The notes under the pieces are model-generated. The model was not told the DNA's origin, made no database searches, and was given only the letters and a program-made list of their open reading frames with translations. Of a DNA stretch of 64,000 bases, positions 10,125 to 20,591 are shown in pieces. The first letter of the stretch is position 1; every line of letters starts with the position of its first letter. A program made the translations under genes and the position numbers. This DNA is from an uncultured Acidobacteriota bacterium (GTDB lineage Bacteria > Acidobacteriota > Vicinamibacteria > Vicinamibacterales > CAVVIG01). The DNA is taken from positions 65,013-129,012 of the forward strand of contig CAWBVG010000053.1 of NCBI GenBank assembly GCA_963792175.1. Reading direction: 5' to 3'.

Positions 10125-11398
10125 ATGCCCCAGGGGGTCCACGACGCCACGGCCGCGGTCGATGCCGTTTACCGGTCGGATTGGGGCCGGATCGTGGCGG
10201 CGCTGATCCGGCTCCTGGGCGACTTCGATCTGGCCGAAGAGACGGCCCAGGAAGCGTTTACGGCCGCGGTCGACCAGTGGCGCAACGCGGGGCGTGCCCG
10301 AGTTTCCGCGCGCCTGGATCATCCAGACGGCCCGCCACAAGGCGATCGACCGGCTCCGGCGGCGCCAGAGGTCGTCCGAGGCGCTCGACGCGCACGGGCC
10401 CTCGTGGTTCAACAAGACCATCGAAGAACCCGACTACGACACGCAACGAGATCCCGGACGATCGGCTTCGACTGATCTTCACCTGCTGCCACCCGGCGCT
10501 CGCCCTCGACGCCCAGGTCGCGTTGACGCTGCGGACGCTGGGCGGCCTCGACACCGATGAGATCGCGCGCGCGTTTCTGGTTCCGCCCGCGACGATGGCC
10601 CAGCGGCTGGTGCGGGCGAAGCGGAAGATTCGCGACGCGGGCATCCCCTACGTCGTGCCCGATACGCACGACATGCCCGCGCGGCTCGACGCGGTCCTGA
10701 CGGTGATCTATCTGATCTTCAACGAAGGCTACGCGCCGACACGGGGCGGGCCGCTGGTGCGAACGGACATCTCGGCGGAGGCGATCCGCCTGGGGCGGCT
10801 GGTGCGAACGTTGATGACGCCGGCGCCGGCGGAGGCGACCGCGCTCGTGGCCTTGATGCTGCTGCACGATTCGCGGCGCGACGCGCGGACCGACGCCGCC
10901 GGCGATCTCGTCGTGCTCGAAGAGCAGGATCGCGCGCGGTGGAACCAGCAACAGATCGCCGAGGCGCTGCCGCTGGTCGAAGCCGCGCTGCGCGGCGGGC
11001 CCGGTCCGTTCGCGCTGCAGGCCGCGATCGCGGCGCTGCACTGTCAGGCCGCGACGGGCCGAAGAGACCGACTGGCCGCAAATCGTGCGTCTCTACGATG
11101 TGCTCGAACGTGTGCAGCCTTCCCCGATCGTGGCGCTGAACCGGGCGGTGGCGATCGCGATGGTGGATCGGTGCCGGCCCCGCGCTCGCGCTGGTCGACG
11201 CGCTCGGCGCCCGGGGCGATCTCGATGGCTACCACCTGTTTCACGCGACGCGCGCGGATCTGCTGCGCCGGCTCGGACGCATCGACGGAGGCGGCCAGCA
11301 GCTATACCCGCGCCATTGCGCTCGCGGCCAACGACGCCGAGCGCCGCTTTCTCGAACGCCGGCTGCGCGAAGTGCAGTCGGCCGGGTCGTCGGTCTGA
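10125..11398 (+). pseudogene. ECF-type sigma-70 factor with long C-terminal extension (COG4941-like), about five frameshifts
   Basis: Conserved pieces lie in several frames: [11 protein letters not shown] / [22 protein letters not shown] / [26 protein letters not shown] / [26 protein letters not shown] / [18 protein letters not shown]. Shifts near 10290, 10450, 11055, 11170, 11293. Divergent from the YciI gene. Confidence 0.8.
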
Positions 11399-12750
11399 TG
11401 GCGCGTCCAGCCGAGCACGAAACCGTGACCGTCGCGGGACGCGACGTGACGATTTCGAACCCGCGCAAGGTGCTCTTTCCTCAAGCGGGCTATACCAAAC
11501 TGGATCTCGCACGCTACTACCTGGCGGTCGCCGACGGCGCACTGCGCGGCGCGCGCGGACGGCCGACGGTCCTGGTCCGCTATCCCAACGGGATCGACGG
11601 CGAGTTCTTCTATCAGAAACGCGCGCCCGATTCGCGCCCTCCATGGGTCGAGGTCGTCGCCTTGAGCTTTCCGTCCGGACGCACCGCCGAGGAAGTCGTG
11701 CCGCGCGACGCCGCCACCCTCGTGTGGATGGCGAACCTCGCCTGTCTCGAGCTGCATCCGCATCCGGTTCGCGCTCTCGATCTCGATCACCCGGACGAGT
11801 TGCGGATCGACCTCGATCCCGTGCCGGGCGTCCCGTGGTCGCAGCTGCGCGAAGTCGCGCACGTCGTTCGCGCAACGCTGGACGATTTCGGGCTCGTCGG
11901 CTGGCCGAAGACGTCGGGCTCGCGCGGGATGCATGTCTACGTGCGCATCCACCAACAGTGGACCTTCGCCCAGGTGCGGCGCGCGGCACTCGCGTTCGCC
12001 CGCGAGGTCGAACGCCGCGCGCCGGCGCTCGCCACCAGCAAGTGGTGGAAGGAAGAGCGCCAGGGTGTCTTCCTCGATTACAACCAGAACGCCAAGGACC
12101 GGACGATCGCCAGCGCCTACTCGGTTCGGCCGAAGCCGGACGCGCGGGTGTCCGCGCCGTTGACGTGGGACGAAATCGACAGCTGCGCGCCGGAGGATTT
12201 CACGCTGGCGACGATGCCGTCGCGCTTTGCCAGCATCGGCGATCGGCACGCCGCCATCGATGACCATCCGTGTGCGATCGATCGGCTGCTGGATCTCTCG
12301 GCCAGCCAGGAGCGCGACGGGTTGGGCGATGCGCCGTGGCCGCCGAACTACAAGAAGCAGCCGGGCGAACCGGCGCGCGTCCAACCATCGCGGCGCCGGA
12401 TGCCGAAAGACGGGGATGGCGGCGATGGCTCACCGAAGCCTCGGCGGGTCCCGAAACGTCCGCTCGTCGAGATCGCGCGGTCAGGAAAAAAGGACGAGGC
12501 GCTCGCCGGGCTCGAGCGCTGGAAAGCGCGCCATCCCGACGCTGCCGCGCACTTGCAGCCTGCCGATGTTCTCGTCGACGCCATGCGCGGACGCTTTCAC
12601 ACCTGGACGCGCATCCGCGTCAACCTGCAGCACGTGCCGCCCGAGATTCGCCCGCCGCAGGAAGCGCTCGATCCGGACGAGACGCCGAACGATTGGGCGA
12701 ATGTGTCGGAAGCCGATCGCGAGGCGTGGCGACGGCAGCGCAAAGGCTGA
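11398..12750 (+). CDS. Stand-alone LigD-type primase-polymerase (PolDom) with ~150-aa C-terminal extension
   Basis: ORF 11398..12750, intact. FPQAGYTKLDLARYY, WPKTSGSRGMHVYV, FLDYNQNAKDRTIASAYSVRP. The ATG overlaps the sigma stop (TGATG). Confidence 0.85.
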   Translation: MARPAEHETVTVAGRDVTISNPRKVLFPQAGYTKLDLARYYLAVADGALRGARGRPTVLVRYPNGIDGEFFYQKRAPDSRPPWVEVVALSFPSGRTAEEVVPRDAATLVWMANLACLELHPHPVRALDLDHPDELRIDLDPVPGVPWSQLREVAHVVRATLDDFGLVGWPKTSGSRGMHVYVRIHQQWTFAQVRRAALAFAREVERRAPALATSKWWKEERQGVFLDYNQNAKDRTIASAYSVRPKPDARVSAPLTWDEIDSCAPEDFTLATMPSRFASIGDRHAAIDDHPCAIDRLLDLSASQERDGLGDAPWPPNYKKQPGEPARVQPSRRRMPKDGDGGDGSPKPRRVPKRPLVEIARSGKKDEALAGLERWKARHPDAAAHLQPADVLVDAMRGRFHTWTRIRVNLQHVPPEIRPPQEALDPDETPNDWANVSEADREAWRRQRKG

Positions 12751-12785
12751 GGATCACCGTCGCGCGCCACGCCGACAGCTGAACC

Positions 12786-13237
12786 TCAACGCACTCGAAA
12801 GACGCGGATCGATGACGCGCAGTCGTTGAACGTGTCGTGCGAGCACGGGCCTCGCACCAGCTGATAGTTCGCCACGTTCTCTTCGCCGACGTCGGCCGCC
12901 CATCCCTTGAACTTCGGGTCCTCGTAGAGCGTCGCCCGCCAGCCGGGCGCCACGCGGATCGACGACGCGCAGTCGTCCCAGCTGTCGGTCGAAGACGTGT
13001 TGCCGTTCGCGTCGGTGTCGGTTCGCACGCACGGGCCGCGCACGCTCTCGAGATTCTCGATATCGGTTGTGATGTGCGCGGACTCGCCAAGAAAGTTGGC
13101 GTGCTGGTAGATGACGATGCCCGTCGTCAGCTCGGAAGGCGCGGTCGGCAGGCGGTTGTCGCCGCAGCTGTCGAGGAAGAACGCCGCTATGCCGCAAAGG
13201 CGAGTCTGGCCGCGTTAAGCGTCAATTCATTCCACAC
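12786..13237 (-). pseudogene. Small exported beta/gamma-crystallin-fold protein, one frameshift in the leader
   Basis: ORF 12786..13043 plus an upstream in-frame segment. Two Greek-key signatures (YQHANFLG, YEDPKFKG); DCASSIRV follows YEDPKFKG and recurs at the C-terminus. The putative GTG 13237 leader reaches this frame only if one A is restored near 13189. Confidence 0.5.
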
Positions 13238-13478
13238 CGAACACCCCGAACCCTCAATATACGCGCCTGGACAGTGATCCAAAAAAGGGCACTAGCTAAC
13301 GTTTTCGCACCATTTTGTCTTTTTATAGAACAAACAGACGCGATCTCAGTCGATTGTCTCTACCACTTAACTTGCTGCAATCGCATGAGTTCGTTGAGTG
13401 GATTCGCTGATTTGAACATGGCGATCCTATTGCTCTATCGAGTCTTGTTGTGTGCCTTGTTGACTGCGAGTTAGTCCG

Positions 13479-14066
13479 TTGACCCGCTACTGGTTCGGCG
13501 CCGTCGCCGTAGTCTGGCTGTGCCTCGCCTCGGTCGGCCTGGCGGTGCTCTGGCGGTACGACAACGCGCCGGGCGAACCGGCCACCGCGCCCGGATCGTG
13601 GCCGTCGCACTCGCATCTCGCGCGAGCGGCGGACGCGCCGACGCTGGTCATGCTCGCGCACCCGCAGTGCTCGTGCTCGCGCGCGAGCCTTGGCGAGTTG
13701 GAAGAATTGCTCGCGCGCACCGACGTTCAACCGAAGACCTACGTCGTGTTCTTGAAACCCGCGTCCTTTGGCGAGGGATGGGAACAGACGGATCTCTGGC
13801 GGACCGCGAAGCGGCTGCGCGACGTGACGGTCGTTCGAGACGACGACGGCATTGAAGCGCGGGCGTTCGGGGCCGCGACGTCGGGACAGACGCTGTTGTA
13901 CGACGAGCGCGGCCTGCTGGAGTTCAGCGGCGGGATCACCGGCTCTCGCGCGCATCAGGGCGATAACGCTGGACGGCAGTCGCTGCTCGCGCTGCTGAAC
14001 GGCGGGCGACACGCACGCACGGGTACGAACGTGTACGGCTGCCCGCTGTTTGCGTCGGGCAGCTGA
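13479..14066 (+). CDS. Membrane-anchored thioredoxin-fold-like protein with CxC motif
   Basis: ORF 13479..14066, TTG start. N-terminal TM helix. LAHPQCSCSRASL. Function unknown. Confidence 0.4.
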   Translation: MTRYWFGAVAVVWLCLASVGLAVLWRYDNAPGEPATAPGSWPSHSHLARAADAPTLVMLAHPQCSCSRASLGELEELLARTDVQPKTYVVFLKPASFGEGWEQTDLWRTAKRLRDVTVVRDDDGIEARAFGAATSGQTLLYDERGLLEFSGGITGSRAHQGDNAGRQSLLALLNGGRHARTGTNVYGCPLFASGS

Positions 14067-14093
14067 GCTGCTCAGGCAGGAGTCGATCAATCG

Positions 14094-16100
14094 ATGCCGC
14101 AGGCCGTGCCGACCAGAAGCCGCGTGACCGAGCTCTTCGAACAGTACCAGTTCGATCTCCATCAGCGGACGGATCGGCTGTTTGCCGGCCTGCTGCGCTT
14201 TCCAATGGATCGCCGGCATCCTGTTCGCGCTGTGGATCTCGCCGCTCGCGTGGTCGGGCACCGTCAGCCGAACGCACGTTCACGTCTGGGCGGCGATCGT
14301 TCTCGGCGGCATCATCAATCTGTTTCCGGCGGCGCTCGGCATCCTGAGACCTGGCCAGCCGTCGACCCGCTTCACGATCGGCGTCGCCCAGATGCTGATG
14401 GGCGCCCTGCTGATCCACCTCACGGGCGGACGCATCGAAACGCACTTCCACGTGTTCGGCTCGTTGGCGTTCCTGGCGTTCTATCGTGACTGGCGCGTCC
14501 TGATTCCCGCCACCATCGTCGTGGCGCTGGATCACATGCTGCGCGGCCTGTTCTGGCCGCAGTCGGTGTATGGCGTGTTCGTCGCGAGCCAGTGGCGCTG
14601 GCTCGAGCACGCGGCCTGGGTGATTTTCGAAGACGTGTTCCTGCATGATGTCGTGCGTCCGCGGCCTGGCCGAGATGCGGCAGACGGCCGAGCGCACCGC
14701 AGCGCTCGAACAGGAGGTCCGCACGCGCCAGCAGGCGGAGAATGACGAGCGGGCGCTGGCATCGCTGACGTCCGCCATCGGTCTGGCGCTGACGCGCGGG
14801 ACCGAGCTGCGCACGATGCTGCAGCAGTGCACCGAGGCGCTGGTGAAGCACCTCGACGGCGGCCTCGCGCGCATCTGGACGCTGAACGACGCCGAGCGGA
14901 TGCTGGAACTGCAGGCCAGCGCCGGCACGCACACCCAGCTGGACGGCCCGCAGGCGAAGGTGCCGATCGGCGTGCTGTCGGTGGGCATGATCGCCCTCGA
15001 GCGGACACCGCAGTTGTCGCCCGCTCGAACAGATCGACCCGCATGTGGACGACGCGCTCTGGGCGCGCCGGGAAGGGATGGTCGCCTTCGCCGGATATCC
15101 CCTGCTCGTCGACTCGAAGCTGGTGGGCGTCATGACGATCTTCTCGCGCCGCGAATTCTCGTCGTCGGTGCAGGACACGATGGCGGCGGTCGCCGATGGT
15201 GTCGCCGTCGGCATCGAGCGCAAACGCGCCGAGGCGGAGCTGAAACGGCGCGCCAAGGACCTCGAGGAAGCCCACGAGATTCAGCGAACGCACGCACAGC
15301 AGCTGAGCGCGCTCGTCGATCAGCTCCGGGTCACCCAGCGTCATGCGGAGGCGGCGACCCGCGCCAAGAGCGATTTCCTCGCCAGCATGAGCCACGAGCT
15401 GCGCACGCCGCTGAATGCGATCATCCTCTACAGCGAGCTGCTGCAGGAAGAAGCGGCGGACCACGGACAACAGGGATCGATCACCGATCTGCAGAAGATT
15501 CAGTCCGCCGGCAAGCACCTGCTCGAGCTGATCAACGACATCCTCGATCTCTCGAAGATCGAAGCCGGCAAGATGTCGCTGTCGATCGAGACCTTCGACA
15601 TCCGGACCATGCTCGACGAGCTGCTCGATACCGCGGCGCCGCTGGTCCAGAAGAACAACAACCGGCTGAATGTCTACTGCGAGGACGACGCTGGGCACGA
15701 TGGACTCCGACCTGACGAAGACGCGGCAGATCCTGTTCAACCTGCTGAGCAACGCCGGCAAGTTCACCGGGACGGCGCAATCGCGCTCGACGTCCGCCAC
15801 AGCACCATGGCCGGACGGCCGTGCGTCGAGTTCGCGGTCACGGACACCGGCGTCGGCATGACACAGGCCCAGACGGAGAAGATCTTCGAGCCGTTCACGC
15901 AGGCCGACGTGACGACGACGCGCAAGTACGGCGGCACCGGCCTGGGGCTCGCGCTCGTCTCGCGCTTCTGTCAATTGATGGGTGGTTCGGTGGCGGTCCA
16001 GAGCGCGCCGGAAGAAGGCGCCCGCTTCGTGGTCCGCCTGCCGAGGTTGCCGGCCACGACGAGCGCGGTCGACGCCGGCGCACCGGCGAGGGTCGCGTAA
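14094..16100 (+). pseudogene. Sensor histidine kinase (multi-TM N-domain, GAF, HisKA, HATPase_c), about five frameshifts
   Basis: Pieces in ORFs 14094.., 14182.., 14645.., 15045.., 15670... H-box SHELRTPLNAI, N-box LLSNAGKF, G-boxes DTGVGM and GGTGLGLAL. Shifts near 14195, 14640, 15035, 15690, 15775. Confidence 0.85.
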
Positions 16101-16103
16101 CCG

Positions 16104-16487
16104 ATGGACGCACGAAGCCCGGCGACCATCCTGGTCGTCGAAGACGACGAGCCAGCCGCGACGCGCTCTCGCGACGTCTGGAACGCAGAGGCTATCGCAT
16201 CGTGCTGGCGGTCGACGGCCACGAGGCGGTCTCGAAAGGGCCGCTCGGCGTCGCCGGATCTGATTCTGATGGACCTCGGGCTGCCCGGCATCGACGGCTG
16301 CGAAGCGACGAGGCGGCTGAAGGGCGACCGCTCGACTGCGCAGATTCCCATCATCGTGCTCAGCGCGCACGCGATGACCAGCCACCGCGACATGGCGCTG
16401 GCGGCCGGCGGCGACGACTTCGACACCAAGCCGGTGCGGTTCCAGCAGCTGCTCGAAAAGATCTCGGCGCTCATCGCAAAAAACTGA
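16104..16487 (+). CDS. Single-domain response regulator; the ORF is open but its central ~100 nt are out of frame
   Basis: ILVVEDDE ... PDLILMDLGLPGIDG ... GGDDFDTKP. The expected SRDALSRRLERRGYRIVLAVDGHEAV is encoded in another frame between ~16150 and ~16255. Confidence 0.8.
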   Translation: MDARSPATILVVEDDEPAATRSRDVWNAEAIASCWRSTATRRSRKGRSASPDLILMDLGLPGIDGCEATRRLKGDRSTAQIPIIVLSAHAMTSHRDMALAAGGDDFDTKPVRFQQLLEKISALIAKN

Positions 16488-16492
16488 CGCCT

Positions 16493-16542
16493 CGAAGTCT
16501 CAAGACTCAAGTCTCAACTCTCAGACTGAGCTTGAGACTTCG
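16493..16542. repeat. Hairpin built from TCAAGTCTCA words
   Basis: CGAAGTCTCAAG (16493..16504) pairs perfectly with CTTGAGACTTCG (16531..16542). An inner 8 bp with one bulge extends the stem. Starts 6 nt after the receiver gene stop. Confidence 0.8.
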
Positions 16543-16598
16543 GCGCGCTTCTATAATCGACGGCATGACGAGCCCGGTAGGCGCCGGCGCGTTGCGTT

Positions 16599-17560
16599 GT
16601 GATGTCGGTCGCGCTTCTTACGGCAGTTCTTCCGGATGAGCCGCAGGCCGACGCCGGCGCGACGGCGCGCACGGTCGCCTACCTGCGCACGGAAGTCCCA
16701 CGATGGCGGCGCGAGCACCCGTGCTATTCGTGCCACAACAACGGCGACGCGACGCGTGCCCTGCTGGCGGCAGCGGCGCGAGGCCACGCGGTGGCGGATG
16801 CCATCGACGACACCGTCGCCTGGCTCGCCACACCTGAACGCTGGGACACCAACGCGCGGCGCGGCGGGTCCGAGGAGCAGCCGCTGGCGCGCATCCAGTT
16901 CGCGAGCGCGCTTGCCTCGATGGTCGCCGCCGGACGTGCCGAAGCGGATGCGCTCGACCGGGCGGCCGGGCTGCTCGTCGCGCATCAGCAGGGGGACGGA
17001 TCGTGGCGGCTGAGCGACACACAGATCCTCGGCGGCGCCACGTTCTACGGCACGTCGCTGGCAACCGCGATGGCGCGCCGCATCCTGGTTCGCGCAACGA
17101 ACGGCCTCGGTGCAGAGTCCGCTCGCCGAAAGCCAGCAGGTGGCTGAGGACGACCAGTCCGGTCACGGTCCTCGACGCGTCGGCGGTCCTCCTCGGTCTC
17201 GAGCGCGACAGCGATCCCGAAGCCGCCGCCCAACGACAACGGTCGCTCGCCATCCTCCAGCGCGGCCAGGGCCCCGACGGTGGCTGGGGGCCCTATGTGA
17301 CGTCGCAGTCGGAGGCATTCGACACCGCGCTGGCGCTGCTGGCGTTGGCGGGACTGCGGCCCGTCGATGCGCTTTCGACCGCGCCCTATTCCACTCGCGA
17401 TCTCGATGCGGCTATCGAACGAGGACGGGCGTCGCTGCTCCGCACGCAGAACCCGGACGGCAGCTGGCCCGAAACAACCCGCCCGCCCAACGGCGACAGC
17501 TACGCCCAGCGCATCTCGACGACCGCGTCGGCGCTGATGGCGCTGCTGGAAACGAACTGA
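16599..17560 (+). pseudogene. Prenyltransferase/squalene-oxidase-repeat (alpha/alpha toroid) protein with N-terminal CxxCH haem motif, one frameshift
   Basis: ORFs 16599..17147 and 17003..17560 join near 17120. CYSCH, plus repeated QGDGSW, GPDGGWG and NPDGSWPE motifs. Confidence 0.5.
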
Positions 17561-18199
17561 ACGCCGGGCACTCGCGTCGGCGCCCCGCAGCTGACTCACT
17601 CGACACCGCCGAACGGCGCGACCGGGAAGACATCTCGCTTCGCGTGCCGTCATCGTCAACCCGGAAAAACGTCGCGCCGCTCAGAGCCTGTCGCTGATCG
17701 CGGCGGTCCTACAGGTTCGCGGCATCGCTCAGATCAACAGGCAAGCGCTTGACGTTGTTGTGGCAGGCGGGGTGACATGATCAGGCAGACCGCCGCTAGG
17801 GATTCGCTCCGCGACGTTTTTCGTGCATTCTGACGGGTTGACTTCACGGCCCGCTGCGCGAGGCGTCTTCCCGTCGGTCACGTTCGCAGCGTGAGTGGAC
17901 CGTCGGGCGTCGCGGGTCGTGGCCGCGGTCCCTTGGACCGAGCATGCGCCGGCGTCAGTCGGCAAACGCGTCCGAAAGCGCGGAGGGGCACGCCGCCGCT
18001 GATTCGCCGCCGCCGATCGAAATTAGCTCTGAGCCCAACCGATTGTTGGAACGCGTTGGAAGAGCCGCAGGCGGCGTGCGCATCGTAAGCACGGGCGCGA
18101 CAGGACGCGTTTGCCATGCGAGCGTCCCGGGAACGCGGACGCGACTCGCGACGACCGAGACGGATCGCAATCACAGGGCAATCCGGCGAACGTGGTGCA

Positions 18200-19375
18200 C
18201 TACTCCTTTGGGGAGGACCCGATCGTGAACGGGATCAGGATGCTCTTCGGGTTCGGGCTCTTGTCGACGGTGTCGAAGTTATCCACCTCGAAGGCGCGGC
18301 CGATCTGGTTGCCGGCGACATCCTCGAGGGTATCGAGCGCGAGCAGCTGATAGGTGCCCGCGCGCCAGGCTTGTTTCGGCGTGAACGTCCAGCGCGTTTC
18401 CGCCTGATCGATGATCACGTCGCCTTCGACAGCTGCGTCGTCGCGTCTGACCCCGAGCGCTCGCATCAGCAGCGCGTGATCGAGCGGCTTCGGGAAGCGT
18501 GACGACCAGGCCGTCGCGGCCGCCAGCGGCCGGCGGCTGAATGCGCCACGTCGCGGTGTCCAGCGGCTGGTCTTCCGCCGGCCCGACGCGCAGCACGCGC
18601 CGGAAGTCCTCCTTGAGCCGCCGCCCGTATTGATCGCGCCACTCGTGACCGATGACGAGCGTCACCGAGCGGCCGGCACGCAGCGCGCGACCCATCTGCT
18701 GATTGGGAAGAATGCCGCCCTTGACGCGGCCGGGATCGAAAAACGCGGTGAAGCGCGTGTGATCCGGGCTCCAGAACTCGTAGTCGAGCGGCAGGAACGC
18801 GCCGGGAATCTCCCCTCCATTCTTCGTCGAGCAGCTTCATGTGCTCGATGCCGCTCGGCCTCCCCATCGGCTCCGAGAACTCGATGTACATACGAAGCAG
18901 GTTTTCCGGCACCACGTCGGCCGTCGGATAGACGCGCGTCACGACGGTTGAAGGCGTGGCATCCCGCGCCGGCTGTCCAACCGTGGCGACGATCGGCGCG
19001 GCGAGCCGCGACGCGCCCCAGGAAGACGCGCGGGATCGAATCGCACCCGATAGGGACGACCGGGGTCGAGCGGGAACGCCGGGGTGAACCGCAGCGCGCC
19101 GCCGGCGACGCTGTAGTCGCCGAGCATGCCCGGCGCGGTGTCATCGACGGCGACGCGAAGAAGCGCCGACCACTCTTCGTTGGTCAACGACGCCGTGGCG
19201 AGGGCGCCGAGCGCGGCCGGCGGCAGTCCCGTGACCTCGACGTAGGCGCGGCCGCTCTGCGGGCTCGTGAGTTTGATCGCCGGACTGGACGGGGATTGAC
19301 GGAACGGCCGCACGCCGCGGCGGTGACGATCGAGGCGGTCACCGCCGCGAGGCGCAGCAATCGAGGACGCCGCAG
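18200..19375 (-). pseudogene. Hypothetical lipoprotein, about four frameshifts
   Basis: Leader LLRLAAVTASIVTAAAC begins right after the upstream stop (TTG at 19360, no ATG). Conserved-looking pieces in ORFs 18939.., 18466.., 18279.., 18200... Shifts near 19305, 19010, 18795, 18490. Confidence 0.4.
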
Positions 19376-20482
19376 CTACGGCAGCGGCACGGTCTGGAGA
19401 TTGATGCCGCCGGACGCGCTGCGCGAGATGACGATCGCCGTCGTGTCGTCCAGCTTGTCGAGCTGCTCGACGCCCATCATGCTGGTAACCTTCTCGAACG
19501 GCACACCCGCCGTCTCGGATTCGACCGGCGTCGTGATCGGCTTGGCGGACGCGAACGGCGCCGTCGGAATCTTCATCACGCCGCGGCTGTTGTTCGCGGT
19601 GAGCAGGAATTCCTGCCCACCCTTTCGGTAGACGATCATGTCGAGCACGCGGTTGCCCGCGCCGAACTCGGCGATCGTCGTGCCGCGCACCTTGTCGCCG
19701 GCCTTGAGATCGGCGATCGGGAACTTGACCAGCGGCGTGCAGGTGTAGCCGGCGATCAGATGCTGCTGGTTGTTGATGGTGTACGGGCACGAACGCGTTG
19801 ACCGGCGACCGCGTCTCGACCGCCTTGTGATTGCCGTGATAGATCTCGACGCTCACGCCGCGGTCGACCGTGGCGAACGGATACGGGATCGCGCGAAGCT
19901 TGGACGCGAATTCCTCGTTCGACAACCCGGCGACCCACAGGCGGCCGTCGGCGAACGCCATGTCGGTGACGACCTGGGTGCGCGGATTCTGGGCGCGCCG
20001 CCGCATTCGCCACCGGCGCATTCGGCAGCTCGACCTTCTGGAACTTGACGGTCTGCAGCGAGATGTTCGCGATCTGGCCGGCCCCGTCGATCCGGAACAG
20101 CGCCGGCGCGGCGCCCGCACCCTGTCCGCGCATCACGGAGACGTAGGCATTTCGCGTCCGCGGATGCACCGCGAGATCGGTGACGCTCACCTCGCGCGCA
20201 CCAGTGCCGAGCAGCGCCGCCAGTTTCTCGTCGAGCGCGTCGAGCGCCTTCGCGCCGGCGACGCCGCCGTTGACCTGAGCGCCGAGGTCGAGGGCGAAGA
20301 TCGCCGCGCCCTGGTTGTCCGCGGCGAACAACGTGCCGTCCGGTCCGAACGTCAGCGGTCCAATGGACGCCAGCGCCGGACCCTGACCGGTTGCGACAAC
20401 CGGCACGGCTGAAGACGGCGACAGCGAGGCGAGGATGACGAAGGCGAGCGAGCAACCCGAGTTTCGCGCGGAGGACTCGCAT
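19376..20482 (-). pseudogene. Hypothetical secreted protein (possibly beta-propeller-like), about three frameshifts
   Basis: ATG 20482, MRVLRAKLGLL plus a hydrophobic leader. IGPLTFGPDGTLFAADNQGAAIFALD. Pieces in ORFs 19853.., 19756.., 18939.., 19376... Shifts near 20445, 20000, 19785. Confidence 0.4.
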
Positions 20483-20591
20483 GTGAACGCTCTCCTTTCG
20501 AGAACGGATAACGTTACGCCCCTGAGCTGGCGACGTCAACCATTGGGGCCGGGCACGCATCTGGCATTTCTTCCAGGGCAGGAGGCTCGAC

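Noticed and set aside
11093-11989. Long Arg/Pro/Ala-rich ORFs on the opposite strand or in alternative frames of real genes (also 39708..40808, 57890..59635, 59895..61709, 14532..16385 and many others in the track)
   Set aside because: These are typical shadow ORFs of high-GC DNA. They have no conserved motifs and extreme Arg content, and each overlaps a gene with clear family signatures.
17701-17790. Short minus-strand peptide SCHPACHNNVKRLPVDLSDAANL as a cytochrome remnant related to CYSCHNN in 16599..17560
   Set aside because: The Cys spacing is CxxxCH, not CxxCH. The stretch is only 23 codons after a stop, with no supporting flanking similarity.
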